DNA from: a virus | Taxonomy: Duplodnaviria > Caudoviricetes | Length of the DNA: 33,180 bases | Strand: one strand, 5' to 3' | IMG/VR virus record: IMGVR_UViG_3300011337_000101 | Location: 1 to 33,180 of that record | Shown here: piece after piece, positions 7,933 through 15,370 of the stretch | How positions within the stretch are numbered: the first letter of the stretch is position 1 | Layout of the letters: every line of letters begins with the position of its first letter | Made by a program: the position numbers and the translations under genes | The notes under the pieces: model-generated | What the model was told of the DNA's origin: nothing | Databases searched by the model: none | Seen by the model: only the letters and a program-made list of their open reading frames with translations

Positions 7933-9156
7933 TCACCATTTGTGCATCGTCGGCACAGGCTTGAATGTTTGCGGTTTTACCACCGTTGCGCGTCTGATTC
8001 CTTCGCAAGCGTACCGCAAAGCATCAATAACGTGGTTTTTCTTGTCTTCCAGCACCGGCAGGATTTTACCCGTCAATGGGTCTTGCTTATAACTGTATAA
8101 CGTCAGCTCGTCAATTGTGTGAGTGCAGCGCGGGTGTACAACAATGTCGTAGTTTTTAAGAAACTCAATACCTTCCTCAACCGATTTTGGCCCTTTGACC
8201 GCTGTCATTATCTTTGGAAAGCCATTTTTGCGCATATGGCTGATGGTCTCTGGCCTGGCTGAATCTGCCACGATTGGCCATTTCTCAGAGTCTGGCACCT
8301 GCATAAACAGTTCTGGCGTGTTGACGATCTCGCACCCAACCATGTAAACCTCGTGGTCAATGTAAAGCGTGCGGCCAACGATGTGACAGCGCACCAGGGT
8401 TGTCGGATCAACCGCAAAGCCCCAGTCTGCGCCCAGCCGGTGGATAGCGTCAGGTGGTGCCTCAAACTCGTCAATATTCCAGTTCTTGAACACTCTGGCG
8501 CTGCTGTTGGTCAGATAGCTGCCTTGCCAAACGTGCTGATACTTGTCTGGATCGCGCCGCTTGTCGTACTCCATTTCGTCTCTGAGTACCTGCGGAAACC
8601 AGGGGTTATCAGTGAAGTTGACCTTGAGAACGGTCGCATTCTTGGGCGGTGTCGGGCCACGCAGCAGAAAATCTACCGGGTCACTGTTCTGGCGCGGATT
8701 CCAGGTAAACCACAGTTCGCTATCTGGCTTGCGGATTGTCGGCCGCAACAGGTCAAGGCTGGTTTGGGACAGGCTTTGTGCTTCCTCAACCCAGGCGCAG
8801 TCGTAGCCTTCCAGCGATTTGATACTGTCAGCGGTGTGATTCTGCATCCCCTGAAAGATGATCGCTCCGTCTCCCTTTCGTGATTTGATGACGGAATCCT
8901 GCACCTCAAAGTATGCGCCGGCGTTCATGGCCTCGATCTTTGTTTCCAGCAGCCGCTTAACAGACTGGTTCAGCGATTTCTGGATCTCACGCACGCAGAC
9001 GCTTCGCCGCTTTTGGTCAATGATGTGGGATTCAATCATCAATTCGGCAAACATATGACTCTTGCCAGAGCCTCGACCTCCCCATGCCCCTTTATAGCGG
9101 CTGGCTTGCAACAGTGGCAACGCCCACTCAGGCGTCTGAAGCTGCAAAACACTCAA
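7933..9156 (-). CDS. terL: Terminase large subunit (PBSX/Sf6-like)
   Basis: Walker A GGRGSGKS, CVREIQ, Walker B WVEEA, TWNP, GADWGF..DP and NH.IDALRYA nuclease motifs. Confidence 0.96.
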   Translation of the reverse strand: MSVLQLQTPEWALPLLQASRYKGAWGGRGSGKSHMFAELMIESHIIDQKRRSVCVREIQKSLNQSVKRLLETKIEAMNAGAYFEVQDSVIKSRKGDGAIIFQGMQNHTADSIKSLEGYDCAWVEEAQSLSQTSLDLLRPTIRKPDSELWFTWNPRQNSDPVDFLLRGPTPPKNATVLKVNFTDNPWFPQVLRDEMEYDKRRDPDKYQHVWQGSYLTNSSARVFKNWNIDEFEAPPDAIHRLGADWGFAVDPTTLVRCHIVGRTLYIDHEVYMVGCEIVNTPELFMQVPDSEKWPIVADSARPETISHMRKNGFPKIMTAVKGPKSVEEGIEFLKNYDIVVHPRCTHTIDELTLYSYKQDPLTGKILPVLEDKKNHVIDALRYACEGIRRATVVKPQTFKPVPTMHKW

Positions 9157-9569
9157 GATTTCACCACTACTCGCTCAATTCTGGTCACCAGCGGGTTTTG
9201 CGGATCTCCAGACACTTCCAGCTTTTCGCCGTATTTCCGTGGAGCCAGCTTACTCAGCAACCATTTGCGCGTATCAACCTGCAATTTATGCTTTTGGATC
9301 GCTTGCCAATCCTTTTTTCCGTCTCCGGTCTCTGGCACTTCTTTGTCGCTCAGATCAAGCACCTCTTGGGCCATTCGTTCCAGCAGGTCTTCTCGCGCAC
9401 GCGCATAATTGTCCGCCAGTTCAGCGTCTTCATCTGCCCATCGAATGAAAGTGCTGTGACTTACTCCAGCCGCTTCGCAAGCCTTGAATGTGCTTTTACC
9501 GCCTCTCATGCTTTCCAGCACCTTGGCGCATATCTCTTGCTTGTTTTCGCTGTATTTGGATTTACGCAT
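9153..9569 (-). CDS. terS: Terminase small subunit (Sf6-like)
   Basis: Likely start ATG at 9569 (MRKSKYSE); N-terminal HTH, YARARE and KLQVDTRKWLLSKLAPRKYG motif; ATGA overlap with terL. Confidence 0.9.
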   Translation of the reverse strand: MRKSKYSENKQEICAKVLESMRGGKSTFKACEAAGVSHSTFIRWADEDAELADNYARAREDLLERMAQEVLDLSDKEVPETGDGKKDWQAIQKHKLQVDTRKWLLSKLAPRKYGEKLEVSGDPQNPLVTRIERVVVKS

Positions 9570-9741
9570 TGCTTTTCCGAAAGAATGGCCAAAAACACCA
9601 TAGAAGCAGCATCCAAGGAATGCCAAGCAGACCCAGCATAAACAGGCCTGTCATGAATCTGTCGGTCATCATTGCAATGCCGCCCAGCAAGATCAGCGCG
9701 CCAAGTACCGCATACAGCCTCACAATAATTGTCCTGATCAT
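9562..9741 (-). CDS. Small two-TM membrane protein (59 aa)
   Basis: Read manually: MIRTIIVRLYAVLGALILLGGIAMMTDRFMTGLFMLGLLGIPWMLLLWCFWPFFRKSNA; ATGA overlap upstream, and overlaps the terS start downstream. Confidence 0.7.
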   Translation of the reverse strand: MIRTIIVRLYAVLGALILLGGIAMMTDRFMTGLFMLGLLGIPWMLLLWCFWPFFRKSNA

Positions 9742-10013
9742 TGCAGTGCTACCTTGGTTTTCTCATGCGCTTTCTGCCACATTTCTTGCCTTTCGAGTTT
9801 AGTCAGTTTAACACCTTGGTCTATTTCCCAATGGCATTTTTGGCACAGCGCGGCCACTAGGTTGTCATCTGCCTTGATTCCCCGTCCCTTACCGCCGCCC
9901 CAATTGCTGTGCGCTGCCTGCACCATTTCACCGCTGCCGCAATGTTGGCAATCAAGCTGCGCTACTTTTTTAAGCAATGCTTTGTCGCGCACGTACTGGT
10001 GTTTAGGAAACAT
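9738..10013 (-). CDS. Zn-binding HNH-like nin-region protein (DUF1364/Ref-like)
   Basis: Likely start at 10013 (MFPKHQYVR); CQHC...AAH...KGRGIKADD...LC..CH motif. Confidence 0.75.
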   Translation of the reverse strand: MFPKHQYVRDKALLKKVAQLDCQHCGSGEMVQAAHSNWGGGKGRGIKADDNLVAALCQKCHWEIDQGVKLTKLERQEMWQKAHEKTKVALQ

Positions 10014-10410
10014 CAATGCCCTTGTCTGCTGACCAGGCCAACAAGAATTCGATGAACTCACTGCTCTCCGCTGTCGTGAATTTGTGGCTTTGCAGGCCAA
10101 GCTGAACGATGCGCTCCCCGTCCAGGCTGGGGCAGACCTTGCCAATCTTGCGGTTTGTGTCGTGCGCCCACTGGTCAATCAAGAGCCGTTTCCAGTCATC
10201 TGCTGTCCAGGTACTTCCGGCCAACGCCATCTGTTTGCTGATTTTGTCGATCATGCTGTGAAACATTGCATTTTGTTCCACGCTCCGCTTGCTCTGCTTG
10301 ATCTCAATCGTCATACGATGGCCAGCCATCAGCATTGATTTCAACATTGGCCAGACAACGGTCATCATTTCTTTGTGGGCCTGGACTGGCTCCCAGCACG
10401 TTACTTTCAT
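10003..10410 (-). CDS. ninB: NinB-family recombination protein
   Basis: RSVEQNAMFHSM..IS.Q, W...DWK and S.KFT..E.SEFIEFL.AW motifs. Confidence 0.85.
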   Translation of the reverse strand: MKVTCWEPVQAHKEMMTVVWPMLKSMLMAGHRMTIEIKQSKRSVEQNAMFHSMIDKISKQMALAGSTWTADDWKRLLIDQWAHDTNRKIGKVCPSLDGERIVQLGLQSHKFTTAESSEFIEFLLAWSADKGIDVS

Positions 10411-10829
10411 TCTTTTTCCTTAATCAAAATGTCAACGCCACCAGTTTCTGCGTACACCTTCGTTGTGTGGATCTCCACCACTTGCGAATCGTCCACGTAA
10501 ACAATGCCGTTCATGCCATCCATGTAGGATTTCACGATGTTGTCCAGGTCTGGCTTCTTACAAGGCCTCTCCAAGCCACTTAAACAGGCCTCTGCTCGCT
10601 TTTTAGGGTATGACTTAGGCACTGGTAGCCTGACGTAAATAAAAGCCTCTAGCGCCGTTTTAAGCGGTTCGCTGCTTCCCATTGCTTGCAGTGCGTAAAA
10701 CCTGATCTGGTCTTCGTAGCTGGCGGTCTTGGCGTCGGTGTAAGTTTTGACAAAGTTTCCCCGTCTGGCAAACCGCGGTCGTCCTTTGCCGTGCGGCTGG
10801 CCTGGCACTGTGAACATGATTTGCATCAT
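10407..10829 (-). CDS. rusA: RusA-family Holliday junction resolvase
   Basis: VPGQP.GKGRPRF and KPDLDNIVKS.MDGMNGIVY.DDSQV catalytic Asp motif. Confidence 0.93.
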   Translation of the reverse strand: MMQIMFTVPGQPHGKGRPRFARRGNFVKTYTDAKTASYEDQIRFYALQAMGSSEPLKTALEAFIYVRLPVPKSYPKKRAEACLSGLERPCKKPDLDNIVKSYMDGMNGIVYVDDSQVVEIHTTKVYAETGGVDILIKEKE

Positions 10830-11038
10830 TTGATTGCCCTAATTCGTTCGATGATCATTGATCGCAATCCCGGAAAATCTTGTTCCAATTCCCGAAAGCG
10901 TTGAAGTAGGTACTCGCGGCGTCCATCCTTTAGGGCCTGATCCCCACCAGCTAGTGCCATCTGCGCATACGTCTGGATCAATGTCTCCAGTGAGTTCGAG
11001 TGCTGCGGTAATGTCTGATTCGCTGTGGTTATGGCCAT
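10826..11038 (-). CDS. Hypothetical helical protein (start uncertain; overlaps the next ORF)
   Basis: Amphipathic C-terminal half (RREYLLQRFRELEQDFPGLRSMIIERIRAIK); its stop overlaps the rusA start (ATGA). Confidence 0.45.
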   Translation of the reverse strand: MAITTANQTLPQHSNSLETLIQTYAQMALAGGDQALKDGRREYLLQRFRELEQDFPGLRSMIIERIRAIK

Positions 11039-11081
11039 TTCGGGTTTCGTCTAGCAGCTTGTGAGCGTCAAAGTAATTCAT
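10839..11081 (-). CDS. Hypothetical protein
   Basis: MNYFDAHKLLDETRNG...DITAALELTGD; starts 2 nt after the upstream stop. Confidence 0.55.
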   Translation of the reverse strand: MNYFDAHKLLDETRNGHNHSESDITAALELTGDIDPDVCADGTSWWGSGPKGWTPRVPTSTLSGIGTRFSGIAINDHRTN

Positions 11082-11083
11082 GG

Positions 11084-11335
11084 TCACCACTCTTTCTGTT
11101 GTTCAGGTTGTTTGTACCAATCAGCGACAGGCTTACTAAGCGGCTGGCGGTCTGCCCATTGCTTGTAGGACGATGTACCTTCGTTCTTTGGCTTTGCGCC
11201 CCACTGGTGATGGCTGCACTTAGGTGGTGATCCTTCCAGGCGAACAGACCAAAGGTTGCCGCAACCAGAGACGCTGCACAGCAGGCTTTGATCGTCATTG
11301 GTTGGTTGATCTTTTTTGAAATTAGTTAGTGCCAT
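11084..11335 (-). CDS. Small Cys/His protein downstream of rep
   Basis: 83 aa; CSVSGC...CSHH putative Zn site; overlaps the rep 3' end. Confidence 0.65.
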   Translation of the reverse strand: MALTNFKKDQPTNDDQSLLCSVSGCGNLWSVRLEGSPPKCSHHQWGAKPKNEGTSSYKQWADRQPLSKPVADWYKQPEQQKEW

Positions 11336-12173
11336 GATATTTGCCCTCTACGATTTTTGCGAAATTGCTTGGTTTAAGAATCCACTCCAGATCAGCGGTA
11401 AACGCTCGCCCATCTTTGCCGTTCACCTTGCCGATCAGGAATCTAGATTTTTGGATGTGGCCAAAGAAATCATTGAACCAGTCCAGCACTGCACTTGCGC
11501 TGATCGGCTTCTCCTTGCCAAGTTCTGCCGCTACTTCTCGCCAGCGTTGTCTCAGGTAGCCCTGCCTGGCAGCGTTCCAGACTTCAACCCGGCGTAAGGT
11601 TGGCAGCTGCTGGTGATACAGGTCTATGACTGCTTGATGATTGCAATCTGGCAGCGCAGGGCCACCGTCAGGTGGACATATATTGGTATCTACTGAAGTT
11701 AAAGATGAAGATGAAGATGAAGATGAAGATGAAGATGAAGATGAAGATGAAGATGAAGATGAAGGGGTTGGTTTTTGTTTAACCTCGTTTTCAACCTCGG
11801 GGATAACCTTGAGGTTAACCTTCAAGCTAGGGTTTCCACCTAGTTTTCCACCTTCTGCCCTCTTGTTTCGCAGGCATTCGTCTCTGACCATGCGCTTTGA
11901 GAAGATTTCGCCTGATTCGGCAAAGTCGTAAACACCGGCCTGGTTCAACTCATCAAGCCAACCTACAACATCAGGTAAGGTTGCCCCGACCATGCTGGCA
12001 AGGTTTGGTGGAAGGATAACCTTGTTGCCAACCTTCAGGTGTCCATATGGATTACCTTCGTGCATGAAGCAGATCATGTCAATCCAAAGACCACGCGCCC
12101 CAGGCGAACATGATCTAAGCGCCGTGTCCCTCAACCAGTCCGCTGGATAGAACTGAAAGGATGGGCGTTTCAT
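11322..12173 (-). CDS. Replication initiator protein (lambda O-like architecture)
   Basis: N-terminal PSFQFYPADWL..T...ARGLWID domain, low-complexity linker containing iteron-like repeats, C-terminal ADLEWILKPSNFAKIVEGKY; lies downstream of cro. Confidence 0.8.
   Translation of the reverse strand: MKRPSFQFYPADWLRDTALRSCSPGARGLWIDMICFMHEGNPYGHLKVGNKVILPPNLASMVGATLPDVVGWLDELNQAGVYDFAESGEIFSKRMVRDECLRNKRAEGGKLGGNPSLKVNLKVIPEVENEVKQKPTPSSSSSSSSSSSSSSSSSSSSLTSVDTNICPPDGGPALPDCNHQAVIDLYHQQLPTLRRVEVWNAARQGYLRQRWREVAAELGKEKPISASAVLDWFNDFFGHIQKSRFLIGKVNGKDGRAFTADLEWILKPSNFAKIVEGKYHGTN
11704..11763 (+). repeat. Perfect (GATGAA)10 microsatellite encoding Ser20 in rep
   Basis: Ten exact hexamer copies counted directly. 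Confidence 0.97.
11775..11855. promoter_or_regulatory. Putative replication origin (iterons) within rep
   Basis: AACCT at 11781, 11793, 11805 and 11817 (exact 12-bp phase); TTTCCACCT twice, 12 bp apart; lambdoid origins lie within the initiator gene. Confidence 0.6.
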
Positions 12174-12361
12174 GATTTTTCATCTTCCCCCAACGCCTCG
12201 GCAATCAAACTCTTTTCACGGTTCCAAATTTCTCGGAATTGATGAACGGATAACCAAACTTCATTTGCAATGCCGTTGGGCGGTGTTTGTTTGATAAAAA
12301 TGAATCCTGCTCCATCTCCAGAAACCTCTGTTTCCGCTTCCATAGGAAAAAACATAGCCAT
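12170..12361 (-). CDS. Small hypothetical protein upstream of rep (63 aa)
   Basis: MAMFFPMEAETEVSGDGAGFIFIKQ...; ATGA coupling with rep; starts just after the C4-like RNA. Confidence 0.6.
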   Translation of the reverse strand: MAMFFPMEAETEVSGDGAGFIFIKQTPPNGIANEVWLSVHQFREIWNREKSLIAEALGEDEKS

Positions 12362-12370
12362 AAAAACCCC

Positions 12371-12471
12371 AAAAAAAAGGGCTACACCTGCTGTCTCACC
12401 TTTCGGTGTTGGCGGACTGGCGCAATACCAGCAGACAGCATGTGTAACCCTACTGCGAATGACGCCGCCAA
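12371..12471 (-). ncRNA. C4-like antisense RNA / terminator with upstream cognate target boxes
   Basis: 19-bp closing stem AGGGTTACACATGCTGTCT / AGACAGCAGGTGTAGCCCT followed by a U tract; inner hairpins CTGG-TATTGCG-CCAG and CACC-GAAA-GGTG; junction TCCGCCAA; upstream TTGGCGG-n7-CGCAGTA is complementary to both single-stranded parts. Confidence 0.75.
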
Positions 12472-12492
12472 GCGTCCCAAAACTTCCCAATC

Positions 12493-12648
12493 TTACCGTA
12501 CAAACCAGCCTGGTCGCAACAGTTTTAGCTGCCAGATGCGCTTCTCAGGGATCTCTGTCCACTGGCTGATAGCAGCATCACTGATCTCCAGCAATGCCGC
12601 CAGCTTGGCCTGTGAGCCAGCTAAAGTGATTGCCTGTTCTTTAGTCAT
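12493..12648 (-). CDS. cro: Cro-like HTH transcription regulator (51 aa)
   Basis: Read manually: MTKEQAITLAGSQAKLAALLEISDAAISQWTEIPEKRIWQLKLLRPGWFVR; classic G-S-Q..LA..L.IS..AISQW..IP..R pattern; first gene of the leftward arm. Confidence 0.88.
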   Translation of the reverse strand: MTKEQAITLAGSQAKLAALLEISDAAISQWTEIPEKRIWQLKLLRPGWFVR

Positions 12649-12760
12649 GCCCGATTGTAAGCCAGCTTTACAGAGTGAGAATTGTAAATACCTGACTGAA
12701 GTTAAGGGAGATTAACAAAGTAGTTGACGATGTGATTTAAGCTGGCTTATGATGCAGTCA
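12649..12760. promoter_or_regulatory. Divergent promoters with three palindromic operators
   Basis: Rightward TTGACG(12724)-18 nt-TATGAT(12748); leftward -10 TACAAT (12659-12654) 5 nt from the cro ATG; TAAG-N4-CTTA-like sites TAAGCCAGCTTT, TAAGGGAGATTA and TAAGCTGGCTTA. Confidence 0.7.
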
Positions 12761-12797
12761 ATCCTCAACACAACGTAGAGGTCTTTTAGAAAGCAAC

Positions 12798-12968
12798 ATG
12801 ATGAATTGCAACTGGATGGTGACACTGGCAAATTCTCAACGCAAGGCTTTGATTAGCTTGGGCTATTCCAATCAACAAGTTAACGGCATGAGTCTCAGCG
12901 ATACAACTCAAGAGTTGAAATCACTTGGCTACGATTTCAAAGCCAACTCTCCATTCAAAAACAAATAA
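12798..12968 (+). CDS. First early gene, hypothetical (56 aa)
   Basis: Read manually: MMNCNWMVTLANSQRKALISLGYSNQQVNGMSLSDTTQELKSLGYDFKANSPFKNK; directly after the rightward promoter. Confidence 0.6.
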   Translation: MMNCNWMVTLANSQRKALISLGYSNQQVNGMSLSDTTQELKSLGYDFKANSPFKNK

Positions 12969-12975
12969 ACCAAAC

Positions 12976-12989
12976 GGGGCTTCGGCCCC
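12976..12989. promoter_or_regulatory. UUCG hairpin between early genes
   Basis: GGGGC-TTCG-GCCCC; no U tract on the plus strand, but a U-rich tail on the minus strand. Confidence 0.55.
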
Positions 12990-13001
12990 TGAAAGAACAT
13001 C

Positions 13002-13208
13002 ATGAAAAACATTCCAATTGAAACTTTACGCGCTGCCCTTCGCGCCAAATTTGGCGCACGCAAATACAAGATCACCGGCTCGGCTTGTTGCGAACAAGTC
13101 CACGTTTATGGACTCATGCCAAATTCCACGACTGTTGGTTGGTGGCTAATGGGTGACCTTTTTAACGCCGAGTTGTGGCTTGGCTTTCACGATGAGGTGG
13201 CAGCATGA
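13002..13208 (+). CDS. Hypothetical early protein
   Basis: 68 aa; GAAAG upstream; ATGA overlap with the next gene. Confidence 0.7.
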   Translation: MKNIPIETLRAALRAKFGARKYKITGSACCEQVHVYGLMPNSTTVGWWLMGDLFNAELWLGFHDEVAA

Positions 13209-13537
13209 GCGCCCCTATCTGGACAACTGGCTACAAGCCAACCAAGGCAGACCTAAAGGGCCTGTACAACCACCGCTTTGAGACTGCTGGCGGTTTGGTC
13301 ATTGACTGCTACCTGGCTTTTGAAGAAGAGGAACGCGCCACTTACGATCACCCTGGCAGCGCAGCTGCTGTCGAATTGATCTGGGCTTTGGTCGAAGGCG
13401 TGGACATTAGCGAGGTGATTGGTGATCTGATCGGCACGATTGAAGAAGAAGCGTTGGAAGACATGGAAATTAGCGCCAAGGATGATGAGTACGACCGTGG
13501 CCAGGAACGCTATGAAAACCGGAGGGATGCAGAGTGA
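13205..13537 (+). CDS. Acidic hypothetical early protein
   Basis: 110 aa; GAGGT RBS; very acidic C-terminal half; coupled at both ends. Confidence 0.75.
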   Translation: MSAPIWTTGYKPTKADLKGLYNHRFETAGGLVIDCYLAFEEEERATYDHPGSAAAVELIWALVEGVDISEVIGDLIGTIEEEALEDMEISAKDDEYDRGQERYENRRDAE

Positions 13538-13803
13538 ACAACATCATCAACTGGACGATGGCGGTAGCAGTGGCGGTGGTGTTGTCTACAGCGTACCTGC
13601 TGGACGGGCCATCTGACCACCAGGCTGCAATGGATGCTGCGACTGATGCCAAGGCTACTCAGCGTGAGAAAGCGCAACAGGCAAGGTTTGAGAAGCGCGC
13701 ACAGTCAATGTGCGGCAACAACGCAGGCTGGCAGCTGCTGGAGAACGGCACTGTCCAATGTTTTACCAAACGGGGTCACAAGACCCAGAAAGTGCAATTG
13801 TGA
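13534..13803 (+). CDS. Hypothetical protein with an N-terminal TM segment
   Basis: 89 aa; hydrophobic AVAVAVVLSTAYLL; CG.NAGW...C pair. Confidence 0.7.
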   Translation: MNNIINWTMAVAVAVVLSTAYLLDGPSDHQAAMDAATDAKATQREKAQQARFEKRAQSMCGNNAGWQLLENGTVQCFTKRGHKTQKVQL

Positions 13804-13997
13804 AGATTGATCAGATCCTGTCCGGTATCGCGGACATTGCCAACCGTGCCTACGCAAGTTCACCACCTGAAGACAGGCTTGCGTTTGAAGTGGGTATGTT
13901 GTCTAGCAAGATGCGGGAAATGACTTACTTGCTGGAGAACGCGCAGGAGCGCATCAAGGAATTGGAAATCGAACTGGCTTACAAGGACAAAAAATGA
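13800..13997 (+). CDS. Hypothetical protein
   Basis: Likely GTG start at 13800 (GTGA overlap); DRLAFEVGML motif plus coiled coil. Confidence 0.65.
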   Translation: MKIDQILSGIADIANRAYASSPPEDRLAFEVGMLSSKMREMTYLLENAQERIKELEIELAYKDKK

Positions 13998-14182
13998 CAA
14001 CCATGATCATGCTTCACGAAGTCAAATCAATGGAAATGACAGAACCAAATGAACTGACTAGTGCGGCCGGCTTGTTCTGGCGTCGGACGTTGACCGTGAC
14101 TGACAAGCACGGACATCAGACGCAAATCACGTTCTTTGCTGACAACAAGGAATCTCTTGAAATCAAGGAGAAAACTGTATGA
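13994..14182 (+). CDS. Hypothetical protein
   Basis: 62 aa; AAGGA RBS; coupled overlaps. Confidence 0.65.
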   Translation: MTTMIMLHEVKSMEMTEPNELTSAAGLFWRRTLTVTDKHGHQTQITFFADNKESLEIKEKTV

Positions 14183-14736
14183 GCGACAAATTGCAAGAAC
14201 TGCGGAAACCATTTCCAGACCATCAAATCAGCTACCTGCCGAAAGGCGGGGTCAAGCTGGCCTACGTTGGTCACGCAGCACTCACTGATCGTTTGCTGGA
14301 CACTGACCCGGCCTGGAACTGGGAGCCGCTGGCCATCAGCCCTCATGGTCTGCCAGTCATGGATGACATGGGCGGTATGTGGATCCGTTTAACGGTCTGC
14401 GGCGTTACCAGGCTTGGCTACGGTCACGCAGGCAGCAAGACAGGCGGTGATGCAATTAAAGAAGTGATTGGTGATGCTTTGCGGAATGCTGCAATGCGGT
14501 TTGGTGCTGCCCTTGACCTATGGCACAAAGGTGACTTGCACTTGGATGACGATGTTGGAAACAAATCCAAAGTGACCGACGCCACAATCAAAGCACTGCT
14601 GGCAGACATTGAAGCCTGCACAACGCCTGACCAACTGAAAGAAGCATTTTTCAAGGGTATCAAAACAGTGGGTGATGACCAGATCGCCCGTGATCAAATC
14701 ACCAAAGCTAAAGACGTAAAGAAAGGCAAACTATGA
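14179..14736 (+). CDS. Rad52/Sak-like ssDNA annealing protein
   Basis: LRKPFP..QI, LAYVGHA.LTDRL...DP.W.W, LTVCGVTR.G.G and K..I.DAL.NAAMRFG.ALDLW motifs; adjacent to the exonuclease. Confidence 0.85.
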   Translation: MSDKLQELRKPFPDHQISYLPKGGVKLAYVGHAALTDRLLDTDPAWNWEPLAISPHGLPVMDDMGGMWIRLTVCGVTRLGYGHAGSKTGGDAIKEVIGDALRNAAMRFGAALDLWHKGDLHLDDDVGNKSKVTDATIKALLADIEACTTPDQLKEAFFKGIKTVGDDQIARDQITKAKDVKKGKL

Positions 14737-15362
14737 GCATCCTGTTTAGAGCCAGCGCACTCAGCGCAATCATGACCGATGGCAAAGGCAAAGATGAGTT
14801 GTCTGTCGGGGCTAAGACCTACGTGACAAAGCTGGCAAAGGAATTTGTCTACGGCTACGACGAACGGGTCAGCAGTAAGTACATGGACAAGGGAATCCGA
14901 GTCGAGGATGAATCAATTGATTTGTACAACGCCGTACACCTGACCAGCCATGCCAAGAACACCGAGCGCCGTAACAACGCTTGGATCACCGGCGAGGCGG
15001 ACATTGTGGCTGATGACAGGATCATTGACATTAAGAGCAGCTGGTGTCTGACCACCTTCCCCGTTCTGGCTGACCAGGGCGAAGACAAGGGTTACGAATG
15101 GCAGCTGCGCGCTTATATGATGTTGTGGGACAAGCCACGGGCAGACATTGCCTATTGCCTGGTCTCTACGCCAGAGGATCTGATCGGCTGGGAGAACAAA
15201 TCACTCCATCAAGTTGACCACATCAACCGCGAGTTGCGCGTGACCATTGTTCCATATGTCCGCGACACGGTGATGGAAGACAAAATCAGAACAAAGGTAG
15301 AAGCAGCCAGAATCTACTACGACCAAGTTATCCAAGAAATCAGCAACCAACATACTTACTGA
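14733..15362 (+). CDS. YqaJ / lambda-exonuclease-like recombination nuclease
   Basis: FRAS, M.KG...E, G..D...IIDIKSSW and Y.WQL..YM motifs (PD-(D/E)XK). Confidence 0.85.
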   Translation: MSILFRASALSAIMTDGKGKDELSVGAKTYVTKLAKEFVYGYDERVSSKYMDKGIRVEDESIDLYNAVHLTSHAKNTERRNNAWITGEADIVADDRIIDIKSSWCLTTFPVLADQGEDKGYEWQLRAYMMLWDKPRADIAYCLVSTPEDLIGWENKSLHQVDHINRELRVTIVPYVRDTVMEDKIRTKVEAARIYYDQVIQEISNQHTY

Positions 15363-15370
15363 AAGACATT

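Noticed and set aside
11641-11931. Plus-strand ORF with poly-(DE) tract
   Set aside because: Antisense shadow of the Ser-coding microsatellite in rep
12378-12451. About 75-nt branched structure as a tRNA
   Set aside because: Only two inner arms, a 19-bp closing stem, and no T-loop, anticodon arm or CCA; fits a C4-like RNA better
12490-12520. Internal promoter TTGCGA-18-TAAGAT (minus strand) at the cro 3' end driving the C4-like RNA
   Set aside because: Plausible, but the match is too weak to list as a feature without TSS data
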